From IMG/VR virus record IMGVR_UViG_3300018080_000167, positions 1 through 64,000 of that record: a DNA stretch of 64,000 bases; one strand, written 5' to 3'. The notes below the pieces were generated by a model, which did no database searches, was not told the DNA's origin, and was given only the letters and a program-made list of their open reading frames with translations. This DNA comes from a virus. The translations under genes were made by a program, and so were the position numbers. Below, in pieces: positions 19,810 through 30,886 of the stretch. Each line of letters opens with the position of its first letter. Position 1 is the first letter of the stretch.

Positions 19810-20637
19810 TTATTTTACTCCAAAAAATTTAGTTTTTCCGCCAAGCCGCCACGCAAGCTTGACTCCATCTAAAGAATACCCATTGTTTTTGAATATTACC
19901 ATTCGTAATCCTGCTTGAATAAGCATTCTAGCACACACAACGCAGGGGGGGGCGTTTATATAAGCAATACCGTCTTCTAAATCGTTCTTCGATGCTTTTG
20001 CTATCATATTCCACTCTGCGTGCATACAAAGTCCTCGTTCAAAGGTAGTGCCAGAAACAACACCTTGTCTTTCGCACACACAATCAAGCCTTGTACCTAT
20101 TGGATGTCCATTTCTACCACTATATTTTATATCTCCATCCTTTACTAAAACGCATCCCATTTGTGCTCTCTTGCATTTTGATAATTGTCCAGCATTATTA
20201 GCTGCATCAATAAAATGCCTTACTTGATAATGATCATAAATTATTTTTTTCATCTTAAAATTTTGAATATTGTGCATATAAAAAAAATGAGCAAAAACAT
20301 CCATAGGAATAATAACAGACATTTGATGCCCTTTTTCAATTTTTCCCGCGCAAGAAATTTCTCTTTTCAACATAGCAGCAAGCTGCATAGAAAACTGTGT
20401 AACATATGTGCTTTGGGTCAAAGATAAAATTACTTGATCATTAAAGACAGTACACGAGAAACATTCAAGAACAGCCTTCATTACATTATTAAGCTGATCT
20501 CCATAAGAAATATTGGCAATATAATCTACCCCAGTAGTTTCTAATGTTTTCTTAAGAATTTTTTTTGTTGTATCACTTTTTATTTGTGAAAAGTCTAATT
20601 TTTTGCACAAATATTTTATAAAGTAATATGGAAACAT
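19810..20637 (-). CDS. dCMP deaminase with N-terminal extension
   Basis: SKCKRAQMGCVLV, HAEWN, PCVVC. Confidence 0.85.
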   Translation of the reverse strand: MFPYYFIKYLCKKLDFSQIKSDTTKKILKKTLETTGVDYIANISYGDQLNNVMKAVLECFSCTVFNDQVILSLTQSTYVTQFSMQLAAMLKREISCAGKIEKGHQMSVIIPMDVFAHFFYMHNIQNFKMKKIIYDHYQVRHFIDAANNAGQLSKCKRAQMGCVLVKDGDIKYSGRNGHPIGTRLDCVCERQGVVSGTTFERGLCMHAEWNMIAKASKNDLEDGIAYINAPPCVVCARMLIQAGLRMVIFKNNGYSLDGVKLAWRLGGKTKFFGVK

Positions 20638-21587
20638 TATTCGCTTCCTAACTTTTTGTAAACAAAACTTTTAAGAAAATAATTTTTTGTATCTGACTTT
20701 TCTCCAGCATTAAGTTTATCAATTTCATCTGTCATAATACTCATTTGTGTATCTGCCATATCTGCAGCGTGAATAATAATTGCTTCTGGAATTGCTGGAG
20801 ACACACATGACCCCCAACCCTTATCAACAGAACCATGATGTGACAGAATACAATGCTTCAAAAGCATAATCTCTTCATCTGTAATTTTAATATCACATTC
20901 TTTACACAAATTGGAAATAATTTCAGAACCCATTGCAATATGGTCCATAAGAGATCCAGCCTTCGTGTATTCAATAGTAAATTTATTAAAAATATAGCTT
21001 TTAATTTTTCCTATGTCATGTAAAAGAGAAGCAGTAACAACCAAGTCTTTGTCTATAATGGTAGAATAATTCTTTGTTAGTCCTATTGCATTATATGTAA
21101 CATTAATTGTGTGCTTTATAAGTCCATTCCTATATGCTTCATGAACCTTCGACGCTGCTGGTGCCTGAAAGATTTCTTTCCCATACTTTTTAAATGCACA
21201 TACCAAAAGTTTTTTATAGTTCTTATTGTTAATATCAGCTATCAAATGATTGACTTCTTCTTTATATGCAGCTATCTCTTCGTCTGGAAGATGTGGCATC
21301 AATTCATCCATTATTTCTTCCGATGGCTCCACCTTTTTATATCCAGAGACATGAAGAGATTTACTGCCATTATAAAGCTTCACCTGACCTTTCACTTCTA
21401 AAACATCATTCTGTTCAATTTTACATTTTGATAATGAGCTGTCCCACAAAAAACACGAACAACTCTGTCCATTCTTACACAAAGTAAATTGTACAAAACT
21501 TTTATTTCTCTTAGTTTTTCTTTCTGATACGCTCTCTATAAAACCAGTAACGGTAGCAACAGAGCCGCCATTGTAAATTGATATCAT
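20637..21587 (-). CDS. YhaM-like OB-fold + HD-domain 3'-5' nuclease
   Basis: N-terminal OB-like region; APAASKVHEAY..GL..HT, LLHDIGK, SHHG, ADMAD. Confidence 0.85.
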   Translation of the reverse strand: MISIYNGGSVATVTGFIESVSERKTKRNKSFVQFTLCKNGQSCSCFLWDSSLSKCKIEQNDVLEVKGQVKLYNGSKSLHVSGYKKVEPSEEIMDELMPHLPDEEIAAYKEEVNHLIADINNKNYKKLLVCAFKKYGKEIFQAPAASKVHEAYRNGLIKHTINVTYNAIGLTKNYSTIIDKDLVVTASLLHDIGKIKSYIFNKFTIEYTKAGSLMDHIAMGSEIISNLCKECDIKITDEEIMLLKHCILSHHGSVDKGWGSCVSPAIPEAIIIHAADMADTQMSIMTDEIDKLNAGEKSDTKNYFLKSFVYKKLGSE

Positions 21588-22705
21588 AAAACCTCCGACA
21601 AAATACTGCTTTTGTTTTTAATTTCATTAATATTTTTTGTAGAATAAACATCTCTATATTTATTAATGACACGAATTTGAACCAATTTGTTTAAAAGATT
21701 ACGCAACTTTGTGTCTGTCAATAAGTATCCGTTTGCCTCTGCATTTTCAACAATATCACAAAAGGAAGCAGCGCCACCATTGTCTTCGAGGAATTGATAT
21801 ACACCAACTTCAATAGAAGACAACTGCAATGCCCGAATAGGATTGCAATGTACTGTATCTGCAACCATATCTTTGACTACCTGCTTCAACTCTTCATTGT
21901 TCATTATATTTTCGCAATGAAAAAATCTTTTTGTGAACAATAAAATATCAATAACTTCAGATGCTTGTCTATAAAGTGCTTTATTAGGATCAAGAGATTC
22001 CTTCTTCTTCTCGATAAAAAGCTCTCTGCCAAAAGTGCGCTCTTCTTTATTCAAATTATAGGCACAGCGCGTACTAAGGCGTTCGGCTATTTCTATCCAA
22101 TCTTCGCGTGTAAGGCTGCATCCATACTTTTCTTGATCTGTATTAAAAATATCTTCTTCTTTATGCTGTTGCGGTTTGATATTAACAAGAGTAAATCTTT
22201 CCAGCATTGCCATCAGGTGAGGCAAATTCTTTTTTGACAACGGCAGTCCATTTGTTGCGCCAAGCAGAATGCCAGAAAATGGAGTAGGTTCAACCGATTT
22301 GCTTTTTAAGCGCGATATTGTTCCAGACGCGACTTGCTTCATAATGTGTATATGTTGCGTACTACCACAATCAAGTTCGTCCATTACAATAATACCTTCA
22401 TTATTATTTACAAATAATTCAAATAGTCCAACACCAGTAGAAATACCTGAAGGAATCCATTTGCCAATTGTTTTTCCACTATCATTTTTAGCATCAAGCT
22501 CAAGCCCCTTAAAGATTGCCTTTAGCGTACTAGTTTTTCCGCCACCAGCCGTCCCAACTGCAAGACAACCCTTAAAGCCGTCCTTAAAACTTTGCCCTAT
22601 GCGGTTTTCAATACCAATGTTTTTTTCTATTTTGGCACGGATAGCCTTCAAAATACTAAATGCAAAAGTAAAGTTTCCTATTTGTTTAATTTTATTTAAC
22701 ATCAT
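21584..22705 (-). CDS. P-loop (AAA+-like) ATPase with C-terminal winged-helix-like region
   Basis: GTAGGGKTS Walker A, IIVMDE Walker B, GATN sensor, ERF. Confidence 0.7.
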   Translation of the reverse strand: MMLNKIKQIGNFTFAFSILKAIRAKIEKNIGIENRIGQSFKDGFKGCLAVGTAGGGKTSTLKAIFKGLELDAKNDSGKTIGKWIPSGISTGVGLFELFVNNNEGIIVMDELDCGSTQHIHIMKQVASGTISRLKSKSVEPTPFSGILLGATNGLPLSKKNLPHLMAMLERFTLVNIKPQQHKEEDIFNTDQEKYGCSLTREDWIEIAERLSTRCAYNLNKEERTFGRELFIEKKKESLDPNKALYRQASEVIDILLFTKRFFHCENIMNNEELKQVVKDMVADTVHCNPIRALQLSSIEVGVYQFLEDNGGAASFCDIVENAEANGYLLTDTKLRNLLNKLVQIRVINKYRDVYSTKNINEIKNKSSILSEVL

Positions 22706-22873
22706 TACCCCATATTTCTACAACAGTTGGTCTATATCCAAATGCATTGTAGTGTCTTTTTATTTTATAATTGCCCTCCCTTAAACCTTGCCTTATTTCT
22801 TGTAGCCACTGTCCAAAAGCATCATTTCTTTTATAATTGAGTAGTGTTTCTGCCGTTACCATTGTCAGCATTC

Positions 22874-23353
22874 TCAAAAGTCAAGGTCCTCTATATTAAT
22901 ATCGTCTTCATCGTCGCTGTCTTCATCGCTGCTGTCAAAATCAAATAGTGAATCAACCTCAGCATCATTGTCAAGCTCTAACTCTTTTATTACATCATCA
23001 AAAGTTGTATCGTCAACATCACAGTCACAGCCTTCTTCTTCATCTTCGCTTTCATCTGCCACATCCATTTCGACTTCATCGTCATCGCTCTCTACAACAT
23101 CTGTGTCATTAGGGACAGCGTTTTCTGCCGCTTCTTCGTCATTATTAGTATAAACAGGATGGTTTCCCATATTGTCCATGTCGTGCTCATTAATGACAGC
23201 CTTTTTCTTTCCACGCGACTCTTTACAACCACTTGCCTTATTCTCATTATAAAAATCAATGCAACCTTGGCAAGTTTTCGCCCTTTTTGTCAGTCGCAAG
23301 CCTTTGTACGTCGGATGTTCTTTACAAGACATAATGCTCTCCTTACTGGACAC
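22874..23353 (-). CDS. protein with N-terminal Cys/His motif and very acidic C-terminal half
   Basis: CKEHPTYKGLR...CQGC then D/E-rich tail ending EDLDF. Confidence 0.65.
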   Translation of the reverse strand: MSSKESIMSCKEHPTYKGLRLTKRAKTCQGCIDFYNENKASGCKESRGKKKAVINEHDMDNMGNHPVYTNNDEEAAENAVPNDTDVVESDDDEVEMDVADESEDEEEGCDCDVDDTTFDDVIKELELDNDAEVDSLFDFDSSDEDSDDEDDINIEDLDF

Positions 23354-24023
23354 TATAGTCCGATGGATTAATTTTTGTTAATTCTGTATACTTTTTCCAA
23401 AAGGTCTTTTGTGGCATTCCACAGCCTTTAAGTTTTCCTTTCTTATCAATTTCACCATAAACATATGTAGATAAACATTCTCTCGCCAATTGCCTAAATA
23501 ACATTTCATCTATACCTAAATTATCGCATTGTTTTTTTGCCCAAATCCAAGCTTTTAATTCGTGGAAAAGTGTAAAGTGTTCATATTTTAATTTTGTAGT
23601 GGCATCAACCCAAGCATGTCCACACTCATGCAGTGTAAGAACAAATGTTGAATTCTTATCAAGATCACCAGAATAAAAAAGAATTATTTGTGGTCCGCTT
23701 AGTTCATATCCCTCATATTGTGGTAGATAAAGCCCTATCTCATCTTTGTTCATTTCGTCAAGAGACAATGCAACAGGTGGCTTGTCTTCTATACAAAAAT
23801 ATGTCCACTTAATATTTTTAAAAAATTCTAATATAGAAAGCCCCTTAGAGCATTGAAAATTATTAAAATATTTTTTTGTTTTATAAATTATTATTGAAAA
23901 AACTTTATCTAATTTAATTCTTTCTGCAATAGCATATCTTAAGGCTTCATCGCTTGAATCAAAATGTTTGCCAAGCTCTTTCTGTTTCCATTCCTTATAA
24001 AAAATATGCACTTTATATTTCAC
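23343..24023 (-). CDS. putative HExxH zinc metalloprotein
   Basis: LHECGHA and downstream HELKAW. Confidence 0.55.
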   Translation of the reverse strand: MKYKVHIFYKEWKQKELGKHFDSSDEALRYAIAERIKLDKVFSIIIYKTKKYFNNFQCSKGLSILEFFKNIKWTYFCIEDKPPVALSLDEMNKDEIGLYLPQYEGYELSGPQIILFYSGDLDKNSTFVLTLHECGHAWVDATTKLKYEHFTLFHELKAWIWAKKQCDNLGIDEMLFRQLARECLSTYVYGEIDKKGKLKGCGMPQKTFWKKYTELTKINPSDYSVQ

Positions 24024-24081
24024 CTATGCGATACTCCATATCGTGTATTTAGATAGAAAATAAATAGCTTTTCTATATATA

Positions 24082-24109
24082 ATATCTACTAAATAGAAAA
24101 TTTTTCCAA
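24082..24109 (-). promoter_or_regulatory. class II phage promoter TTGGAA-N12-TAGTAGATAT
   Basis: Conserved motif heading the operon starting at 24023. Confidence 0.65.
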
Positions 24110-24360
24110 TTATTTTATATTAATTTTCTGTTTCTGCACCAACGCCATCTATTGTTTCGCCTTCAAAGTTTACTTTACAGCGATATCCAGCTCTACATTC
24201 ATCAAAGTTTGGACCATCACATGGGCAAATTCCTTCTTCGAGAAGACAGCCACATTCCTCATATGGATTGTAAAGTCCATCATAATCGTTGTCGATTAAA
24301 AAACTTTCAATAATTTCAATTATCCTTGGATTGACCATCTTGATTTTCCTTAGTTATTAA

Positions 24361-24390
24361 AAAATTAGGGGGGCAAAAGCCCCCCCAATA
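24361..24390 (-). terminator. intrinsic terminator
   Basis: GGGGGGC-TTTT-GCCCCCC hairpin plus T-run after DUF932 gene. Confidence 0.7.
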
Positions 24391-24392
24391 AA

Positions 24393-25370
24393 TTATGCCG
24401 CTACCAATTTACCTTCTGCTGCTGCAAGGCTCATTTTTTCTGCGCGAATAGACATTTTGTCAAGACTGCCGTCAAAAAGCATATTTTCTACTCGTCTTGC
24501 TGTTTTTTGCTCGCTTGTAAGATTTTTCCCTTTAATGCCACGATGATATTGGATGTATTCTATGCTAGCGTTAAATAACCCATATGCTGTCCCACGCACG
24601 CCAGGAACGTCCATTCCGCGCCCATTTTGGATCAGCTTATGAAGAAGCAAACGATTATCTTTAGCGCGACGGATCGTGCCTTCTTGCTTAGAATCAGGCA
24701 AAGGAATAAACTTATCAACAAAAACATTTGCTGTCTTAACATCGATATTTGCACCTGAAAGATATTTCATTTCTTCTTCAAAAAGATCAAAATACTTATT
24801 GGCAGAACCAAAAATTGTGTACGCCTCATCAAGGCGCTGTTTGTAATTAAGTGTATGGCGCAACCTTACGGCGCGATTAGCACGCTGTGCCTTGGCTATT
24901 GTTGCTCTAAGCATATTCTGACACCAAATGCGAGTGGGGGTAAACGCAACGCCTATTCCAGATGACCCATCGTGTGAATTATAAAAAATTGCATATTTTT
25001 CAATTGGGTCGCCATTTACTGGTTCAAATGTTCCGTTTCCATCATTGATAACTGCCTGAAGCCAAACACGCTCTCCATTCCCAAAATATCCAGCATTTTC
25101 AACCTTTAAGTTTCCGTCTTTAACGAGTGGATCAAGAACACCGAGGGCTTCGGCGTTTTGAATGACATGGTAGCGGTTTCCAACAACACCGAGCTGCGTT
25201 CCGTCATCCTTTACATTGACAAACGCATCTTTTACCTGTTCACGATTACCCAGGATTTCAGCATACATAGGAATTTTACTTACTTTGAAATGAATCCCTG
25301 CATTTTCAAGCGCTTCTTGTGCACTACTTACATTTTCTACTTTCCTTCCTACTGTTTCAAAAAGCTCCAT
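24393..25370 (-). CDS. DUF932 family phage/plasmid protein
   Basis: LGVVGNRYHVIQN, NSHDGSS, TPTRIWCQN, LRHT, GTAYGLFNA. Confidence 0.85.
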   Translation of the reverse strand: MELFETVGRKVENVSSAQEALENAGIHFKVSKIPMYAEILGNREQVKDAFVNVKDDGTQLGVVGNRYHVIQNAEALGVLDPLVKDGNLKVENAGYFGNGERVWLQAVINDGNGTFEPVNGDPIEKYAIFYNSHDGSSGIGVAFTPTRIWCQNMLRATIAKAQRANRAVRLRHTLNYKQRLDEAYTIFGSANKYFDLFEEEMKYLSGANIDVKTANVFVDKFIPLPDSKQEGTIRRAKDNRLLLHKLIQNGRGMDVPGVRGTAYGLFNASIEYIQYHRGIKGKNLTSEQKTARRVENMLFDGSLDKMSIRAEKMSLAAAEGKLVAA

Positions 25371-25399
25371 TTTTTTACTCCTTGTAAATTTGTTATCCT

Positions 25400-25440
25400 C
25401 TCATACACTGCACATTGGATTGAAATTTTTGATTATTTTT
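25400..25440 (-). promoter_or_regulatory. class I early motif TTTCAATCCAATGTGCAGTGTATGAG
   Basis: One of 13 copies; core at 25417-25423, upstream of DUF932. Confidence 0.7.
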
Positions 25441-25596
25441 TTAAATTTTTATTTCCATATCCCAACCGCAGTGACAAGATACAACAATATTATTTTTGTT
25501 ATAATAAATGTTTTCTACATCGATTATTCTGCAACATTCTGGACAATAAAGTGGTATTTCTGGATAATTTTCAATTTTTTGACCCACAATAAACTC

Positions 25597-25899
25597 CTAT
25601 ATGTCAACATTAAAAATTTCTACATCGAAAAGCCTCAATAATTCATTGCTAATTCTTAAGTCTTCTTCATTAGCAAAAACACTTTCATCTTTCACTGTCT
25701 TGTGCCTTATAAATGCTGTAGAAATAATTTTATATGGCGTAATGCTTGCACCAACTTCTCCAGAAAAATAAACAAATGACATGCTTTCCCCGTCTTGTGC
25801 TACAATTTCACAACGGAACATTTCGCCATATCCACTTTGTCCGATATAGCTCACATTTGTTTTTATATTATTTTTTTCAATAAAAGTTTGAATATCCAT
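25597..25899 (-). CDS. hypothetical protein, distant paralogue of 40535..40912
   Basis: MDIQTFIEKNNIK vs MDIKEFIKKHNIT. Confidence 0.5.
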   Translation of the reverse strand: MDIQTFIEKNNIKTNVSYIGQSGYGEMFRCEIVAQDGESMSFVYFSGEVGASITPYKIISTAFIRHKTVKDESVFANEEDLRISNELLRLFDVEIFNVDI

Positions 25900-26081
25900 T
25901 AGTGCCCCTTCCAAAAATATCCATTGATGCCGAATTTAGCAACGAGAAAATCTGCCGCTCGTTCAAAATAACCGCCCTCGATGAGATTGCCTATTGCAAT
26001 GATCAAAAGCATAGCTACCACAACTGCCAAAATCCATTTCAAAAGTCCAAACATTTTTATTTCTCCTTATTAAATTGTTAC

Positions 26082-26157
26082 TGGTACGCCAAGAAGGATT
26101 CGAACCTTCGACAATCAGATTAGAAATCTGATACTCTATCCTCTGAGCTACTGGCGT
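26082..26157 (-). tRNA. tRNA-Arg(UCU)
   Basis: Acceptor ACGCCAG/TTGGCGT, anticodon arm TCAGA-TT[TCT]AA-TCTGA, GGTTCGAATCC T-loop, encoded CCA. Confidence 0.95.
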
Positions 26158-26169
26158 AAAAATGATTAT

Positions 26170-26247
26170 TGGTGGGGCCGAACGGATTTGAACCGCTAAC
26201 CTATCGTTTATAAGACGATTGCGCTTACCAGATTGTGCCACGACCCC
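26170..26247 (-). tRNA. tRNA-Ile(UAU)
   Basis: Acceptor GGGGTCG/CGGCCCC, anticodon arm ATCGT-CT[TAT]AA-ACGAT, GGTTCAAATCC, A73, encoded CCA. Confidence 0.92.
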
Positions 26248-27415
26248 ATTTTTGTTATCGTACTTCCCATCCTTTAAAATTAACTATATAAGATACATTG
26301 GCTTGTGTTGTGTTATATAACTTTGCCAATTAACAAATTCGCCAGACTTATTGCATTTCGCGCTCTGCCCTAATATCTTTCTTGATCTCTTCAATATCAT
26401 ATAGAATTTTATTAACAACCGGATTTTTGCTTATATGATCTTCTAATTGTTCGTATTGGAAAAGAAGTTCATTGAAAAGATCAGTTTCATATGCAGTCAT
26501 ATGCTCTTTAAGTTGCATTGCCATATCTCCTTTTATTAAAAATAATAAATAGTTGGTTACCACACACATTACACTTTGGTCTATTTACCCCAGGTACAAT
26601 TTCTACATTATCTACCTCTTTGTTTAGCTCACTACATAGGATGTTTACGCAGCCTATTTTATAATTTTTGCTATTAATTTTCATAAGCCATCATCCTATA
26701 ACAATGTCAGCATCAACTTCACAAACATTAAGAATACGCCTAGTAGTAGTTTTTTTATCACGATAATTGCTAAGTTTTAATGTAGCATCAACTAGGTTTT
26801 CAGACACAACGTAACAAGATTCTACAATTCCATCACTTGATATAGCTTCAATTTTATATAGTCTTTGTCTTTTTTTCATCATGCATTCCCTTCATCATTT
26901 CATCTTGCACCAAATCTGTCTTGTGCCTTACAAATTGTTTTTCTCAATTCATTACAAAGGTCTGAAAATAATATGTCTTTTTCGTCAAAATCTTCTTCAA
27001 ACTTTCTAATTTCTTTTCGCAAATTTTCAATTGTTTTATTTAAATCTGTTACAAGCTCCTCGCTTTCTTCCAGTTCAATTTTAAGCCCTCTGTTTATTAA
27101 TTCGTATTCATTTATTCTTTTTGTTAATTTTTTGATTGATTCTTCAAGACAATTAATTTTTAATTTTAATTTTTTACCAAACATTATACACTTCTCCTAA
27201 CAAGTTTCAAAATTTTGGCTTTCAACTTTAGAGTCTTGTCCTTTGTAACAATGTCGCTTGTGTGAAAAAGATTATTTTGCAACATTGCAAGTTTAAGCTG
27301 CGCAATGCTTACGGCAGCGTCCATCTTTGTTGTTGATATCATCATTTCTCCTTCATATTCTTTAATAAATGTTTTTACTTTTTGTAATTCAATTTCAGCT
27401 TGTTTAGCCAATTGT

Positions 27416-27949
27416 TTAAATGTCATTTTTTATTTGCCTACGTATGTTTCCTTTTGCCCTCTGTACTTTTAAATATGCTGTAGATTTACTTTTGTTTATT
27501 TTTTTAGCAATTTCTCCATATTTGTATCCCAATAGTCTGAACAACATTGTATTATCGCTGTCATGTTTTGCAAGAAGCTCTCTAACATATATTTCTTCAG
27601 CTATATTGTCGTGCTGTGAAGGCATTGGAACATTAGCCGAATGTAATGTTTTGCTACAATCTGGTATTTCATCCTTGTATTTCTTCCAGTATTGATAATT
27701 CGGAAACTTTAAATAATGCCCCTGGGTGCATAACATTTGTTTAATTGAACCAATTGCCCTTTTCATCATTGTTACTATTATTTGTTTGTCTTCAAGTTCA
27801 ATATTTTTCTTTCTCAAACTTTCATATGTTTCTATGGCTGCGAGGCGCTGCTCTTGCAAACAATCTTGATCATTGAAGCGCTCACATTCATATAGGTTTG
27901 TATGGAAAAATCTATCAAGCTGTTCTAAATAGTGTTCAATTGGTTTCAT
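27416..27949 (-). CDS. sigma-70/ECF-like transcription factor
   Basis: Region-2-like QDCLQEQRLAAIE; region-4 HTH LLGYKYGEIAKKINKSKSTAYLKVQRAK; AGGAGG RBS. Confidence 0.65.
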   Translation of the reverse strand: MKPIEHYLEQLDRFFHTNLYECERFNDQDCLQEQRLAAIETYESLRKKNIELEDKQIIVTMMKRAIGSIKQMLCTQGHYLKFPNYQYWKKYKDEIPDCSKTLHSANVPMPSQHDNIAEEIYVRELLAKHDSDNTMLFRLLGYKYGEIAKKINKSKSTAYLKVQRAKGNIRRQIKNDI

Positions 27950-29661
27950 GCTCGCCTCCTTAGCCACTCCTTGAATTTCGGGTTTACATCGTCTTGTGAG
28001 TTGAGCCATTCCAAAACTTCTTTAGCCTTCAATTCACCACTCTTTACTTTTTGCCGCAATGATCCAGCTTCAATCTTTTCCATCGTTTTCTCCTTTATTG
28101 GAAATGCGTACCTTTTGTAACAATTTCGTAATAAGTTTAATCCTTTTTGTTTTGTCTACAAATTTGCGTCGCCCAGGATTAAATTCACATTGTTGAATAA
28201 TACATAAAAGTTCTGCCTTGTCCCACATTTCAGGATGGTTGTCGTGACGTGTATATCGTGGTACAAGTTTAATATCCTTTTTATTTACAGCTTTCTTAAG
28301 TTTTGCCTCTACAAAATCACTATGAACTGCAACATTTGTTGATTTGTCGTCAAATACATAAAGATTTTGATAATGGCTAATGTATTGTTTTTCCATCATT
28401 AACTCCCGCAATGATTAATAAGTGCCTCGCCGTATTCAATAAGATTTTTCCTATCTTGAATATATTCATCTGTAAGAAAAAGTGTCCCAGGTTTACATGC
28501 ATACTTAATAGTTTCTAATGTAGCGTCAGACCACCGCTCCTTTTTTTTGTCGGATGTTGGGTTATATTGTTTCCCTCCAACTGATCCAAAAATTCTCTCA
28601 ATAAAATGACGATAGTCTTCTAAATTGTTGTTATGCATTATTATCTCCTATTCATAATATTCTTCTTCGACTTCTTCCATAAGTGAAGAGATTGTTTCTC
28701 TAATTTTTGTGTTGTCAGTATCATCTATTTTGCTGTCGCGTTGCCAAAACAATAACAGACAATGGAAAAGTCTATTTGTTGTATAATATTCATTATATTT
28801 CGGCAAAAAACTTTCAACTTCATCATAAAGGATTCTTAAACTTGAATTAATCTTTTTCTTTTTTTCTTCATCATATTCTCTACAATAATAATAATCTGTT
28901 AAATGTTTAAAAAAATCTTTAAAAATATCAAACTTTTCGTTTATAATAGATAAATAATCCATCTTTATCTCCTATATGGGTTATAAAACCATTTCTTTAC
29001 ATCTCCATTTAATACATTGTCTATTCCATTAGATGCATTACGCAAAACTCTATCTGCTCTCTGGGCTTTTGCAATTGCAACACCAATATGTCCATCATAT
29101 ATATCGTTCCAAATATCATGTAACATTTCTCTAGCATAGTTGATGTCTGCATTAGATTTGCTCAATTGACTTTTCTCTGCTTGTATCATTTCAGCCTCTT
29201 TCCATAGCGATATTTCATTCTGTTAAGAAACGAGACTGCCTCCTGCTCGGCAGAAAAACAATCATAAAAAACAGGTACTTTAAGCTCATTGAAAACATAA
29301 ATTTCTTTCCCTTTGCGAATACCGTTACATACTCCTTGCTTTTCCATAACTTCATCAAATGTTTTTTGTCTATTGATATTAAGTGTTGTCATAATGCACC
29401 TCAAATAATATTTTGTTTTTACTATTTAAAAAATCATTCAACATTTTCATCACATTGGTCCTTATTAAAATAAACTGAACAATAAGTGTCATAAAGGTCG
29501 TTAAAAAATGTACGAAATTTTTCTCTAAGTTGTTCCTTCTCTTCTTGTGAGTCAAGCTCATAATGGATATCTATTCCCACAAATCCTTCTTGAATACCAA
29601 CCGATGTGTCACCAGGAATGAAAACTTCCACCTTTTCAATTATCTCTGCCATAGTTTTGTA

Positions 29662-29705
29662 CTCCTTACATCTATTACACATAGGATTGACTTTTTTAAT
29701 TAATT
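29662..29705 (-). promoter_or_regulatory. class I early motif (near-identical to 30840-30883)
   Basis: TCAATCCTATGTGTAATAGATGTAAGGAG. Confidence 0.7.
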
Positions 29706-29948
29706 TTTATTCATATTATTTAAACATATTTTCCAAAGATTTATTTTTGTTTGTAAGCTCAACAATTTTCTTTTCCAGTTGATGGATTTTTTTGTCCTGT
29801 TTTGAAATAATTTCTTTGTATTCTGAAATACGTGATTTTAAAATATTATTCATATTTGTCCTAGAATGTAACAAAGTTTCAGAATCCTTCAAAGAAAGAT
29901 GTAATTGATTAATAATTTGTCCGTCTGTCATAATTAAACTCTTTTCAT

Positions 29949-30620
29949 TTAATAGTTTTCGGCCTCTTCTCTTGTCATAAAAAAATGAATACCGTGTGTA
30001 CAAGTTTTCCGTATATCCGTATCGAAGTGATCCGCATAGACCGTTTCACCCTCTTTGTACACTACACCCGTATCATATAATCCGCACCCATTGCCCTCGA
30101 TTACCTTCACGTATTCAGCCCTACATTTTCTTGAAGTGGGCACTGATATGCGGGCCGCCTCGGCCGGAATACGAATCTTTATGACACCCCCCCTTACGGC
30201 CTTGTATGCGATAAAACTGCCCTCCTCCGGGCATACCGCGTACGGTGAAAATTTGCAGCCATCAATATTCGCGCCCCACAAATCCGCGCGCCGCAAATCC
30301 GCGTCCCGCAAATTCGCGCCCTGTAAATCCGCGCGCCGCAAATCCGCGTCCCGCAAATTCGCGCCCTGTAAATCCGCGCGCCGCAAATCCGCGCCCCACA
30401 AAGCCGCATCCCGCAAGTCCGCGCCCCACAAAGCCGCATCCCGCAAGTCCGCGCCCCGCAAATCCGCGTCCCGCAAATTCACACCCCACAAATCCGCGTT
30501 CCGCAAATCCACGTACCGCAAATCCGCGTCCCGCAAATCCGCGCGCCGCAAATCCGCGCCCTGCAAATTCGCACCCTGCAAGTCCGCGCCCCTTTTAATT
30601 TCATAGCCTTTTACGTTCAT
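29949..30620 (-). CDS. pentapeptide-repeat protein with DUF5758-like C-terminal domain
   Basis: About 20 A(D/N)Lxx repeats; PEEGSFIAYK...RKCRAE...GIHFFMTREEA; visibly GC-rich versus flanks. Confidence 0.9.
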   Translation of the reverse strand: MNVKGYEIKRGADLQGANLQGADLRRADLRDADLRYVDLRNADLWGVNLRDADLRGADLRDAALWGADLRDAALWGADLRRADLQGANLRDADLRRADLQGANLRDADLRRADLWGANIDGCKFSPYAVCPEEGSFIAYKAVRGGVIKIRIPAEAARISVPTSRKCRAEYVKVIEGNGCGLYDTGVVYKEGETVYADHFDTDIRKTCTHGIHFFMTREEAENY

Positions 30621-30839
30621 TTTATTATCCTTGTATTTTTTGTTTCAACTTTTTTTGTTTTATTTTGATTTTTATGTACCAAGCCGGTATGTATCAAATC
30701 ACAAATGGCTGTAAAAACATTGTCGTCGATTTTTTCAGCGTGTTCTTTTATTTCGTCTATCATGTCTTGCCCAAGTGTCCACTTAACCTCATTGTTATTA
30801 TAAACTAAGATAATTTCCATATTGTCTTCCATTTTTTTT

Positions 30840-30883
30840 CTCCTTACATCTATTGCACATAGGATTGATTTTTTAAATTAATT
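30840..30883 (-). promoter_or_regulatory. class I early motif
   Basis: TCAATCCTATGTGCAATAGATGTAAGGAG. Confidence 0.7.
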
Positions 30884-30886
30884 TTT

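Noticed and set aside
8336-20637. Uracil- or hmU-substituted genome
   Set aside because: An intact family-4 UDG and ThyX argue for ordinary thymine DNA; no hydroxymethylase seen in this window
25902-26241. ORFs 25963..26241 (-) and 25902..26123 (+)
   Set aside because: They overlap two well-formed tRNA genes
29996-30606. Several overlapping alternative-frame ORFs
   Set aside because: Shadows of the GC-rich 15-bp pentapeptide repeat
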